Below, one piece after another: positions 55,001 to 62,753 of a stretch of 64,000 nt of DNA. The notes beneath the pieces are model-generated. The model was given only the letters and a program-made list of their open reading frames with translations, did no database searches and was not told the DNA's origin. This DNA is from a virus (taxonomy: Duplodnaviria; Heunggongvirae; Uroviricota; Caudoviricetes), in IMG/VR virus record IMGVR_UViG_3300013104_000019, positions 87,474-151,473 of that record; one strand, 5' to 3'. The position numbers were made by a program, and so were the translations under genes. Numbering within the stretch: the first letter of the stretch is position 1; each line of letters begins with the position of its first letter.

Positions 55001-56298
55001 AAAAGGTCTTGCACCGAGCGCGGCAGAAAGCGCATGTAGCCCGGCAGGTCGTCGAAGCTCTGTGCCCAGTTCTTCGCCTTACCCGGCAGGTTAGTCGCGC
55101 CGTACTGAAGCTGGTTACCCAGACGGGTTCCCTTTTGCAGCAACTCTGCCATACGGCCCGTCTTCGGCAGGCGCTTGATGAGAGCCTGCATGGCTTTGGT
55201 GCCGTAGTGCTGGGCAGCCATACCGGACGCACCGCCGAGCAGAATCTCTTCAGGACGCATGCCATCCAGTTGCATGCCGCCCATCATGTTCATCAGTTCA
55301 GCGCCTTCGCTGACGCCTTGGATGCCTTGTTGCGCACCCCACGCGAAGTCCTTCACCCGCTGACCCAGCACCTTACGCAGGTTCTCACCCGTTTGACGGA
55401 TGAAGTTGACGCGATCACCCACAATGCCTTGACCGAACGACATGGTGGCGTCAGCAAAGCGATTGCGCATCGCTTGCTTGAGACGATCCGATTCCTTCAA
55501 TTTCACGTAGTCGGGCAGACCCGTGTTCTTGATGATCTTCTGGAACGCCTCGGTAGTCACCTCGTTCATGCGGCGCTGCTCGACGACCATGTCGCGCAAG
55601 GCGTAGTACGAACGGAACTGCAACTCCAGCGACTTGCGATGGTAGCCTGAGGTGATGTTGTTCTGGTAAGCAGCCAGTTGCGAGACTGACAGTCGGATCT
55701 GATTGAGCTGACCCATGCTGTCTTTGTGACGCACCTGCTCGATGCCTTCACGGATCTTGCTGCGCGAGTCTTCACGCTGCTGACGCTTGGCTTCAGAGGT
55801 CACGTTAAAGCGCATCACCTCAGCAATCTGCGCTTGCATCATCGCTTCGCGCTGCGCTTCCGGATCTTCGTAGCCTGCACCTGCTTCCAAGCTACGGCCC
55901 CAATTCTTCATCTTGGAGGCCAAACTCTTGGGCAGATACTTGTCGATCGGTTCTTCCATTCGCTGAACGGTGCGCTTCATGTCGTTCAGCAAAGGCTTCA
56001 TTTCGCGCGAGGTCTCATCGTATAGACTCCGAAGAGTGCTCGTCGCTTCGTCGGCAATGTCGAGGGCCGACCCGTAGCCCTTCGGCAGCACAGTGCGAAT
56101 TGTGCGTCGAATAAACTCGCTTTCCAGCAAGCCTTGGCTACCGAGTGCGCCCTTTAGCGCAGCTTTGGACAAACCCGTAGCCACCTGACGAGCACTGCGC
56201 TTCGTATCAAAATCACCGAACGAGGAAAAGTCGGGAATATCGAGACTATGGTCGAAACTGAAATCGTTTCCCGACTCAAACTTATTTTTTCCAGCCAT
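49048..56298 (-). CDS. tape measure protein with lytic transglycosylase domain (phiKZ gp181-like)
   Basis: 2416 aa. SLT motifs MAAIES (Glu at 50164-50166), ATGLYQF and YAAHFLG, plus long helical and G/A/L-rich segments. Confidence 0.9.
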   Translation of the reverse strand: MAGKNKFESGNDFSFDHSLDIPDFSSFGDFDTKRSARQVATGLSKAALKGALGSQGLLESEFIRRTIRTVLPKGYGSALDIADEATSTLRSLYDETSREMKPLLNDMKRTVQRMEEPIDKYLPKSLASKMKNWGRSLEAGAGYEDPEAQREAMMQAQIAEVMRFNVTSEAKRQQREDSRSKIREGIEQVRHKDSMGQLNQIRLSVSQLAAYQNNITSGYHRKSLELQFRSYYALRDMVVEQRRMNEVTTEAFQKIIKNTGLPDYVKLKESDRLKQAMRNRFADATMSFGQGIVGDRVNFIRQTGENLRKVLGQRVKDFAWGAQQGIQGVSEGAELMNMMGGMQLDGMRPEEILLGGASGMAAQHYGTKAMQALIKRLPKTGRMAELLQKGTRLGNQLQYGATNLPGKAKNWAQSFDDLPGYMRFLPRSVQDLLRDAIMMNGGLDRTIQKDRLKDMQGPAIFSRQVAKSITEVIPGYLARIFRELQVMRTGDEGVELTSYDFTSNKFSRTSEVRKRLYNTVINKSNSEQLNRDMEELLNEIDPQKKLSPGARAALRQQLMRDNLHNQSGSAEHYMDPLNHRNNHSFELARHFEDRYSKENDRSYAQRVQFANKHVSLGQGVKLAREEIQDLANAGFLDQLEDLGLVDQYGNIDIEKISDYHLDNKYSPAGGAPGSRRASRKRGGAASPNLRGSGIRHTTNHIVNEAPGYAAAYDRSTAGSQDFGAVIEAIKGNNSFSHLDKVNETLTRIEEIMKAGLVVWNAGDAGDASMMGPGGPGGPSFWDRSLRQNWMHGKQRARGLGQRALEWWKQPGWGTAQWNNRHQTMGKVKGAFGNVRDTVGGWMDQAKKKWEDMKEVYIEGELKPRLTAWGFKAGMYYDGPVTDAKRKLIKSWKDIKGSVYDEEGNLILDPQQAAQAFVRTTAGKKLLAVKDWVWDKAKAGFQGGLSVYGAARDALRSAVNKGMQHLDAQDVYTKDDLETPKLQAVIMRARGYRSMHRRDKYIMTPADIDGPVVNLSGDQVLTDNDLRTGICDKWGRPLLTGKLRLLQFGKDTMQMAFNKVQNGFNMAKDFLSGKWQGFKNWFHVDGIAFSGGKTIIERLTEIRDLLDSRLPKRRRVAGDIDGDGIREGSYEDQKKKGLAGNVAKGESAADVAREAAAKFKEGGMSIYGALGAGGKALFDFLKKRKGIKDGEGDKGGSSSDAAGYGSLALSALSLIPGGKIFRGLGRGIRGLGGLGRAGLQGVGDVLKAGGAARAAGKSGFVATAEAFKAAKGMKLAQEAEEIMHAAMAAGLPQHEAEALARDALAGGKAAEKIGLGAKVRKGLLSGLKGAWTGAGKLYNLNRAGNAATWGMAKSGLGLAGRGLGAGLRLGGRGLWEAGKLGVTRGLPWMARDIGTNLGRIGSFAGRGALGLAKMGGGLGLGLGLDVAEHYANKSGHKTLGKYLGYAGTAATGIGLASTAASLMGISGGALGLAGAIGTGLVGLVGAPVLIGGAILGAAGYGLYKGIKYLNRKKLTDLSKLRYIQYGFSPKDEGHQDAIWKLEDMLEPLVTFRLGKPVLGTKGLKDEDLLEPFGVDKDNKGQMQKFVQWFTLRFKPVFMVHMAALHKVKEDMKSLKDAEGLKAGQKKAYLQVASWPGGPYKYMEAPFPDMDGLETSDSDVAEYAKTLMAKVDEEVQKAPEAEKNPNQQKPKTVKDIADAATVAQGLGRKQPQSNWQSIKDLAGTDAGSQAGASAAGAIVTMKGNFDASHLSVGSTLDGVSTIRFKTYGLKDMNIEKVKTLLVLENNVLKDVDINAKYVATYKGDFQKTFAEQAPAFGVSGPASTEAYNWISWFKMRFLPTYLNYLTAVCGAARKNDPRAAFLTLKPDQMLDVAAAIRTAHGQGGSVWSVAQMPWPQYQANTDVSSTDENLAGLQEKATKTKLDEIKGVPGAGDTESKKGGSGAAAQGGAAGWFASKWKSLTTDEKGNKNWLGKASDTVSNFFGGGGSSYQGSGSPVDATTQGTGGSLNNLPDPKGDGSFAAMKDLIYAASKMVGVDPQLMSVMAAIESGFRATVKAGTSSATGLYQFITDTWNETVKKYGGKYGITPGTPRTNPKANALMGAEFTKANISTLRQGLGRMPTPGEVYAAHFLGAGTAVKLLKGDKSTIAAQLLPAQAKANPNIFYEGSRPRTVGEVVAYLNNLVMTKGKQFGVGQAGGEKLTASDAGSTAGRSPVALTPEAKAAQAAVEANKTNKQGGDRFGPVPQSSSPTSSGTGAPMGFGGSSGPAPTDTGTGNQPPVTVFNALGGQGKPASMNKVPVQPSGAPQDPFAVPAMGPAAAMGTGFSPTATRSATDLLATQRNQAVANPAALPDGGIAQQHLDVSKQILSQMQLLVKYAAQQASQVGQVSDAQDAAAKAQANVPQPMKRAPISVAKPNFS

Positions 56299-56365
56299 AA
56301 CTGTGGCTCCGCAATATTGCTAGGGTCGATGACCCTGCTCATAAGTTTTCGATTGAAAAGGAAGA

Positions 56366-58003
56366 ATGGTCATGGCGGCTCCGCTCAGTATTCCGTTCAA
56401 CCTGACCTTGCTTCAGCTGACACCCGCTAAACTCCAGCTGATGCGACCGGTCACGGTACTGGCCAGTTTCGAAGGAACTGGATCCAACTTCGACCCGAAT
56501 GGTCTTTTTAGCACGGAGATCTTTGGTCGTGTGGGGGACGAATTGCGCTCGCGCCGTTTTTCCTACATCGACATTCGCGTGTCGATTTTCCACCCGATCA
56601 TCTATCGTGCGTTGGTGGATTTGAAACAGCTTTACGCTGGGATTCTCTCTGGTTCTGAATATGCCGTTTTCAGCGAAGAGGAAGGCGACTTCGTTCGCTC
56701 CGATACGGTCAACGGCAAGACCGGTTACCAGTTCTTCGTGTCGAACTGGAAACGGATTCGGTTTGATGAGACCAAATCGGTTTCGCGCGAACACAACATC
56801 AAACTGGTGACGAAGTTCCGGGACCAGTGCATGCTTGACCATGTGGTGGTGTTGCCCGCTGGTCTGCGCGACATGGAGATCTTGGCCGATGGTCGGCCGC
56901 AAGAAGACGAGGTGAACTCGCTCTATCGCAAGCTGCTGATGATCTCCAACACGATTTCGGATGCGTCGATCACGCACAACCCGGAAGTCATCAACAACAC
57001 GCGCTTCAACCTCCAGAAAACGTTCAATCAGATTTACCAGACCTACGAGGACATGATCTCGGGTCGTCGTAAGCTGATTCAGAACCGTTGGACGGCACGC
57101 CGTATCTTCAACGGTACGCGAAACGTGATTACGGCTGCGGACACCTCAGTCGAATATCTGGGTGCACCCGGCGGGATGAGCTTCAACGACACGGGCATCG
57201 GGTTGTACCAGACGCTCAAAGCGTTGTTGCCGATCGCCAAGCATCTGATCCGAAATGGCTTTCTGTCGAAGGTGTTCATCGCTGTCGACCAACCGGCACA
57301 ACTCGTCGACAAGAAGACGCTGAAGAAAACCCCGGTCAGCCTGAAGCCTTACATCTACGATCGCTGGATGACGGATGAAGGGATCGAGAAAGTGATCACG
57401 GCGTTTGCACACGAAGACAGCCGTCACAAGGTCATGGAGATCGACGATCACTACCTCGGCCTGATTTACAAGGGACCGGACGGTACGTTCCGACTCTTGC
57501 AGGACATCGACGAAGTACCGGAAGGACGCAACAAGAAGGACGTCTTCCCGATTACGTTCTGCGAGCTGTTGTACTGCTCGACGTACAACGACCTGAATAA
57601 GTACCCGCTTTACGTGACGCGCTACCCGGTCACCGGGATGGGGTCGATCTATCCGTCGAAGATCTTCTGCCGCACCACGATCAAGTACGAAAAACGCAAG
57701 GAACTCGCACCGACGTGGGATCCGATGGATGACAGCCACACCGCGTATCAATTTCCGGTACGGGGTTCGGCTTTTGTCAATTCGCTGATTCCGCACTCTT
57801 CGAAGCTCGCGCGCCTAGGTGCTGACTTCGACGGCGATACCTGCTCGGGCAATGCTGTCTATACGCAAGAAGCTGTGCAGGAAGTCAACAACTTCTTGCA
57901 GACGACGCGTGCCTATGTAGATACCGATGGCCGCTTCATGGCGTCGACTGATATCGACACCGTGCAGTTGGTCTTGCACAACCTCACTGGGGTTAAGGAA
58001 TGA
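56366..58003 (+). CDS. rpoC: virion RNA polymerase beta' subunit, N-terminal part (phiKZ gp180-like)
   Basis: FDPNGLFSTEIFG, RYPVTG and the catalytic GADFDGD motif. Confidence 0.92.
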   Translation: MVMAAPLSIPFNLTLLQLTPAKLQLMRPVTVLASFEGTGSNFDPNGLFSTEIFGRVGDELRSRRFSYIDIRVSIFHPIIYRALVDLKQLYAGILSGSEYAVFSEEEGDFVRSDTVNGKTGYQFFVSNWKRIRFDETKSVSREHNIKLVTKFRDQCMLDHVVVLPAGLRDMEILADGRPQEDEVNSLYRKLLMISNTISDASITHNPEVINNTRFNLQKTFNQIYQTYEDMISGRRKLIQNRWTARRIFNGTRNVITAADTSVEYLGAPGGMSFNDTGIGLYQTLKALLPIAKHLIRNGFLSKVFIAVDQPAQLVDKKTLKKTPVSLKPYIYDRWMTDEGIEKVITAFAHEDSRHKVMEIDDHYLGLIYKGPDGTFRLLQDIDEVPEGRNKKDVFPITFCELLYCSTYNDLNKYPLYVTRYPVTGMGSIYPSKIFCRTTIKYEKRKELAPTWDPMDDSHTAYQFPVRGSAFVNSLIPHSSKLARLGADFDGDTCSGNAVYTQEAVQEVNNFLQTTRAYVDTDGRFMASTDIDTVQLVLHNLTGVKE

Positions 58004-61000
58004 TCTTTTACGACCTCTTTTTTCGCAAGTACGGCATTCGACGCATCGACAAGTTGCTCTCTCCGGTCATGCCGTCGACGCGCCTGCTTGAGCTGCCGCT
58101 GTCTTCGATTTACCACTATCTGGGATCGAACAGCGGCGTAGACGTCGCCCCAGCTGCCAACGAGTACCTGTTCCGCAATGTGACACGGCAGATCGCCATG
58201 GAACACGTGCTGGAGCCGGGGGCTAAGCTGGGCATGCCGCAACGGTTGGGTTCGGTCAATGTGCCGCAGATGGTGAAGACTTACCATACGCGACATCGCC
58301 GCTACCAACTGGTGCACAGCATCGCCAACTACGAGAATGCACCGCAAACGCTCGTAGTGGAAAACTACGGCTTCATCTCGTTGCGTCTGAAGTACCAGCG
58401 TCAGATCCTGACGTCGTATTACCAGTGGTACAACCAGAACGCAGCGCTCTGGAATCGGATGGCCATGCTGGCGGCTACCTCGGCCCGTCAACAGTTTGTC
58501 AAGTTCGCTTTGCCCACGACTCTGCCTTCGATGACAGATCTGCGCACGTATCAGGCGAAGATGAATGCGACAGCAATCCACCACATCTACGAACCCGAAT
58601 CATTCCTGATTCTGGAGTTCTGGAAGTGGCTGGGGGACTTGCGGCATGAGTCGCTGCTCTCTCGCATCCCGAAAGACAAGCTCTCGAAGATCAATATCAT
58701 CTTCGAAGAGTCGGGTCGTTGGGTGCTGCTGAACCTGGGTCTCATCGACAGCTGGCGTAACACGCCCAAGGAAGAAATTCCTAGCCTGCCTGAAGGGGTG
58801 CTACCCAACAAGGCCGGCGTCGAAGGCCCGCAGTTGCAACGGCGTTTCCTCTCGATGATGATGACGCTTTTCCAAGCGCGCTCAGTCGACGGCAAAGTCA
58901 TGGTTGCAGGGGGAGTCGATGCAAAAAAATCGGAGGGTGGTGAGGAAGCAACGCTCACGAAGCCGGAGGCCACACTGCCCGAAGTCAATCCGGTTACCGG
59001 CAGTGTTACGACCAAGACGGATGACGCACAGATTGAAGCGAATCCGGAGGACATTCTCAATGCCGATACGCATGACGAGAAGCCGGTTGCCGTTGAATTG
59101 ACGCCTGATCAAGAACGTCATCTCGAAGCTGATCTGTTGGAGCTGGATCGCATCAGCAAAGCAGTTGCGCAACGGCGCAAAGAGATGATGGAGTTCATGG
59201 TCGAGCAGGATGAAGCGCCGCAAGCGGAGCTGCGTGGTTTGCATGCCGGATCGATTCCTACGCCACTGCGCAAGACGCTTACGCCGCCGAAGAAACAACC
59301 GGAACTCAAACCGATTGATCCTCAGCCGGAGGTGCAACATGCCGCAGTGGATCACACCCGTGGTGTGCAAAAAGTCATCGACCGATTGGCTGAGCAGGGT
59401 ATGCTCTCAGCCGCTGAAGTCAACCGCTACCAGCAACTCGCCAAACGCCACGAAGTCATCGACGCTCCCGACGGAAAAGGATCGCTTAAAGACTTTGTGG
59501 TGGTAAAGCCCGAGGACACGCAAGTCCAAGCGCACGCGATTCCGGACAAGCCGACCATCCTCGATAAGACGATGCTGCATTCGACGCTGCATTCGTTCGA
59601 TGCGAAGTATGTGGGTGACGTCATGCAAAAGGACGTCGCAGCGATGGTGCTCAAGATTCAGGATGCGGGGTATTGTGTCACGGATTACGAAGTCGAGCAC
59701 GTCGAACAGATCACGGGCAACTTCGATATGTACACCTGCCGGGTGACACCGATCGAAGGTTCGCCCTCCACGCTGCGCTGGAAGCTACCTTCCATTCGGC
59801 CGGATGGCGTATTCGTAGCGAACAACGTGCCGTATCGGCTGCGCAAGCAACGCGGGGACCTGCCGATTCGCAAAGTCTCACCGAGCCGCGTCAAGCTCAC
59901 GTCTTACTACGGGAAAGTGTTTGTCTCCCGTAGCGAGAAGAAGGTGGACGATTACGGTGACTGGCTGCGTCGCAACATCATGGCAGCTGGGCTGGATTCG
60001 GATAACCACCACGTCACGGATCTGCAACCCGCCAACGTATTTGACAATGCGTTTATCTGTCCGCGCGAGTATTCGATTTGCGCGATGGGTTTTCGCAGCT
60101 TCACGGTCACCCCTGGTGCGTGGCCGGAGCGTGTGAAGTTCAGTGCGCTGCATTTGAACTTTGACCATACCCGCCGGGAGGCGCTGTTTGGTAAAGACAT
60201 GCTCGCCAAGTACGAAAAAGCGGGAGCCATCATGATCGGTCTGACCAACAAGAAAGATCCGATTATCATGACCAAGGACGGCGGGATTTCCGTGGTAGCG
60301 GAAGGCTTGATGATCCAGCTGCCGGAGATTGCAGAGTTGTGCGGGTTTCCGCTCGCTAAAGCACCGTCGGACTACATCGAAGTCAAGGTGTTCAGTCAGT
60401 CGATTCCGCTCGGGGTGATTCTGGCCTACGAGATGGGGCTGGGTGCATTGATCCAGATGCTGGGGGTAGAACCTCGTCGTGTGCCGGCTGGCAAACGGGT
60501 CAATCTGGAGCCGTCGGAGTACGCGCTTCAGTTCGCTGATGAAACGCTCGTGTTCCGTCGCAAGGACAAACTGGCAGGGCTCGTACTGTCAGGCTTCAAT
60601 GCGTTCTGGAAGGCGCTTAAGCAGTACAGCGTCTACGAGTTCGATCGGCGTGGTGTCTATCTGAATGTGCTGGAGTCGGCAGGCATTGGCTCGAAGTACC
60701 TGCGTGAAATCGATCTGCTGTACCAACTGTGGGTCGATCCGATTACGCGTGAGCTGCTGCAAGAGTTCCATGAACCGACGGAATTCCAAGCCATTCTGAT
60801 GCGTGCTGCGGAGCTGCTCTTGAGTGACCAGCATCCGCGTGAGTTGGATACCTCGTATCAGCGTTTTAAGGGATACGAGCGTATGGCGGGAGCCGTGTAC
60901 GCCGAATTGATCGCCTCGATTCGAGCGCACAACAGCAAGCCCGGTAAGAGCAAGCAACCGCTCGATCTGAATCCTTTCGATGTTTGGAAGGCGATTTCCG

Positions 61001-62475
61001 AAGACCCGTCCAAACAGCAGGTCAAGGACATCAATCCGATCGAGAACCTCAAGCAGCAAGAGGCAGTCACTTACTCGGGTACGGGCGGACGTAACTCCCG
61101 TTCGATGACGAAGGACACGCGTGCCTATGACGAGAACGACATGGGTGTGGTCTCGGAGTCGACGGTGGACTCGTCCGATGTGGCGGTGAACACTTACACG
61201 AGTGCGAACCCGCAGTTCGTTTCCCTTCGAGGAGTGACCAAGCGCTATGAAATCGGAAAAACTGGCGCAACGTCTTTGCTCTCCACCTCGGCCCTCCTGT
61301 CCGTCGCAGCCGACAAAGACGACCCCAAGCGAGTCAACTTCATCGCCATCCAACACGGACACGGCGTCGCCTGTGCAGGCTACCACGCCAACGCCGTTCG
61401 CACGGGCTATGAACAAGTCATTGCGCATCGCACAAGTGACCTCTTTGCGACTACGGCGAAAAAGCCTGGGAAGGTAATCTCGCTGAATGAAACAGGTCTC
61501 GTTGTGGAATACGAGGACGGTACCAAACAAGGTATTGAACTCGGACGGCGTTTCGGTTCTGCCGAAGGGGCGACGATTCCGCACGAAGTGCGCGCTGCGG
61601 TGAAGCTCGATCAGAAGTTCAAGGTCGGCGACATCCTCGCGTACAACGAAGGCTTCTTTGAACCGGATGTACTGGATTCAACCCAGATGGTCTGGAAGCC
61701 CGGCGTCACGACGCGCGTGGCACTGATGGAGTCGCCGCTCACGCTTGAAGACTCTTCTGCGATCAGTCGTAAGACCGCAGAATTGCTGCGCACCAAAACG
61801 ACGAAGATCCGTGAGATCATCGTTGACTTCAAGCAAGAAATTCGTCAACTGGTCAAGTCCGGTCAAGCGGTATCCTCCGAGGATATTTTATGCGTGATCG
61901 AAGACGAAACCACGGCACGTAACGAACTCTTTGACAAAGAGTCGATTGACACGCTTCGCGTGCTGTCGGCTCAGACCCCTCAGGCGAAAGCCACTGGCAT
62001 CGTGGAACGAATCGAAGTGTTCTACCACGGTGAGAAAGAGGACATGTCGGAATCGCTTCGTGCATTGGCGAATGCTTCGGATCGGGAATTTGCCGCCCGT
62101 CATCGTTCTGTAGGTCGTACTGTCCTCAGCGGGCAGGTCGACGACAGTTACCGTAGTGAAGGCGATAGTCTGATGCTTGACACTCTTGCAATCAAGGTCT
62201 ACATCACCTCGGACGTGTCCGCTGGTGTGGGTGACAAGGGGGTGTTTGGTAATCAGATGAAGACCGTGTTCGGCAATGTGATCGAACAGGATGTAACCAC
62301 GGAGTCGGGTCTGGAGATCGGCGCTATCTTTGGCGCTAAGAGCATTCAGGCTCGTATCGTGCACTCGCCCGATCAAATCGGAACGACGACGACGCTGCTG
62401 CATGTACTCGGGCAGCGGGTGGTGCGTGCCTACAAGGGACAGCCGCAACCGAAACCGCTTAAAGCGAAAGAGTGA
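58000..62475 (+). CDS. rpoB: virion RNA polymerase beta subunit, N-terminal/major part (phiKZ gp178-like)
   Basis: 1491 aa with LRKQRGDLPIRK, AVTYSGTGGR, DDPKRVNF, EDSSAIS and GVGDKGVFGNQMK RpoB-type motifs. ATGA overlap with the upstream subunit. Confidence 0.92.
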   Translation: MIFYDLFFRKYGIRRIDKLLSPVMPSTRLLELPLSSIYHYLGSNSGVDVAPAANEYLFRNVTRQIAMEHVLEPGAKLGMPQRLGSVNVPQMVKTYHTRHRRYQLVHSIANYENAPQTLVVENYGFISLRLKYQRQILTSYYQWYNQNAALWNRMAMLAATSARQQFVKFALPTTLPSMTDLRTYQAKMNATAIHHIYEPESFLILEFWKWLGDLRHESLLSRIPKDKLSKINIIFEESGRWVLLNLGLIDSWRNTPKEEIPSLPEGVLPNKAGVEGPQLQRRFLSMMMTLFQARSVDGKVMVAGGVDAKKSEGGEEATLTKPEATLPEVNPVTGSVTTKTDDAQIEANPEDILNADTHDEKPVAVELTPDQERHLEADLLELDRISKAVAQRRKEMMEFMVEQDEAPQAELRGLHAGSIPTPLRKTLTPPKKQPELKPIDPQPEVQHAAVDHTRGVQKVIDRLAEQGMLSAAEVNRYQQLAKRHEVIDAPDGKGSLKDFVVVKPEDTQVQAHAIPDKPTILDKTMLHSTLHSFDAKYVGDVMQKDVAAMVLKIQDAGYCVTDYEVEHVEQITGNFDMYTCRVTPIEGSPSTLRWKLPSIRPDGVFVANNVPYRLRKQRGDLPIRKVSPSRVKLTSYYGKVFVSRSEKKVDDYGDWLRRNIMAAGLDSDNHHVTDLQPANVFDNAFICPREYSICAMGFRSFTVTPGAWPERVKFSALHLNFDHTRREALFGKDMLAKYEKAGAIMIGLTNKKDPIIMTKDGGISVVAEGLMIQLPEIAELCGFPLAKAPSDYIEVKVFSQSIPLGVILAYEMGLGALIQMLGVEPRRVPAGKRVNLEPSEYALQFADETLVFRRKDKLAGLVLSGFNAFWKALKQYSVYEFDRRGVYLNVLESAGIGSKYLREIDLLYQLWVDPITRELLQEFHEPTEFQAILMRAAELLLSDQHPRELDTSYQRFKGYERMAGAVYAELIASIRAHNSKPGKSKQPLDLNPFDVWKAISEDPSKQQVKDINPIENLKQQEAVTYSGTGGRNSRSMTKDTRAYDENDMGVVSESTVDSSDVAVNTYTSANPQFVSLRGVTKRYEIGKTGATSLLSTSALLSVAADKDDPKRVNFIAIQHGHGVACAGYHANAVRTGYEQVIAHRTSDLFATTAKKPGKVISLNETGLVVEYEDGTKQGIELGRRFGSAEGATIPHEVRAAVKLDQKFKVGDILAYNEGFFEPDVLDSTQMVWKPGVTTRVALMESPLTLEDSSAISRKTAELLRTKTTKIREIIVDFKQEIRQLVKSGQAVSSEDILCVIEDETTARNELFDKESIDTLRVLSAQTPQAKATGIVERIEVFYHGEKEDMSESLRALANASDREFAARHRSVGRTVLSGQVDDSYRSEGDSLMLDTLAIKVYITSDVSAGVGDKGVFGNQMKTVFGNVIEQDVTTESGLEIGAIFGAKSIQARIVHSPDQIGTTTTLLHVLGQRVVRAYKGQPQPKPLKAKE

Positions 62476-62480
62476 CCATT

Positions 62481-62530
62481 AGGGGTGCCGGGGAATCCTG
62501 TAAGGGGGTTCCTCGCATCCCTTATTTTTT
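62481..62530 (+). terminator. intrinsic terminator
   Basis: Long imperfect GC hairpin with GTAA loop followed by TTATTTTTT. Confidence 0.7.
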
Positions 62531-62555
62531 ATCATCATGCACAACGGGATCTTCC

Positions 62556-62750
62556 ATGAAAAACCGTGAAACCGAACGGACCGTGGTGACCTTGGGTAAC
62601 GGGGTCGACCTCGTCGCTCAGATTGCCAAGAAGGTTGTCGGCGAAGAAGTGGCGGACATGTACGACGGCGCACCGCTCTCCAACGAGGTCATGCATCGTC
62701 TGGCGACCGTCAAATTCAAGAGCCATCTGGCCGACCACGTGGAGAACTAA
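62556..62750 (+). CDS. small conserved hypothetical protein
   Basis: 64 aa from MKNRETERT, codon-biased. Confidence 0.65.
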   Translation: MKNRETERTVVTLGNGVDLVAQIAKKVVGEEVADMYDGAPLSNEVMHRLATVKFKSHLADHVEN

Positions 62751-62753
62751 GAC

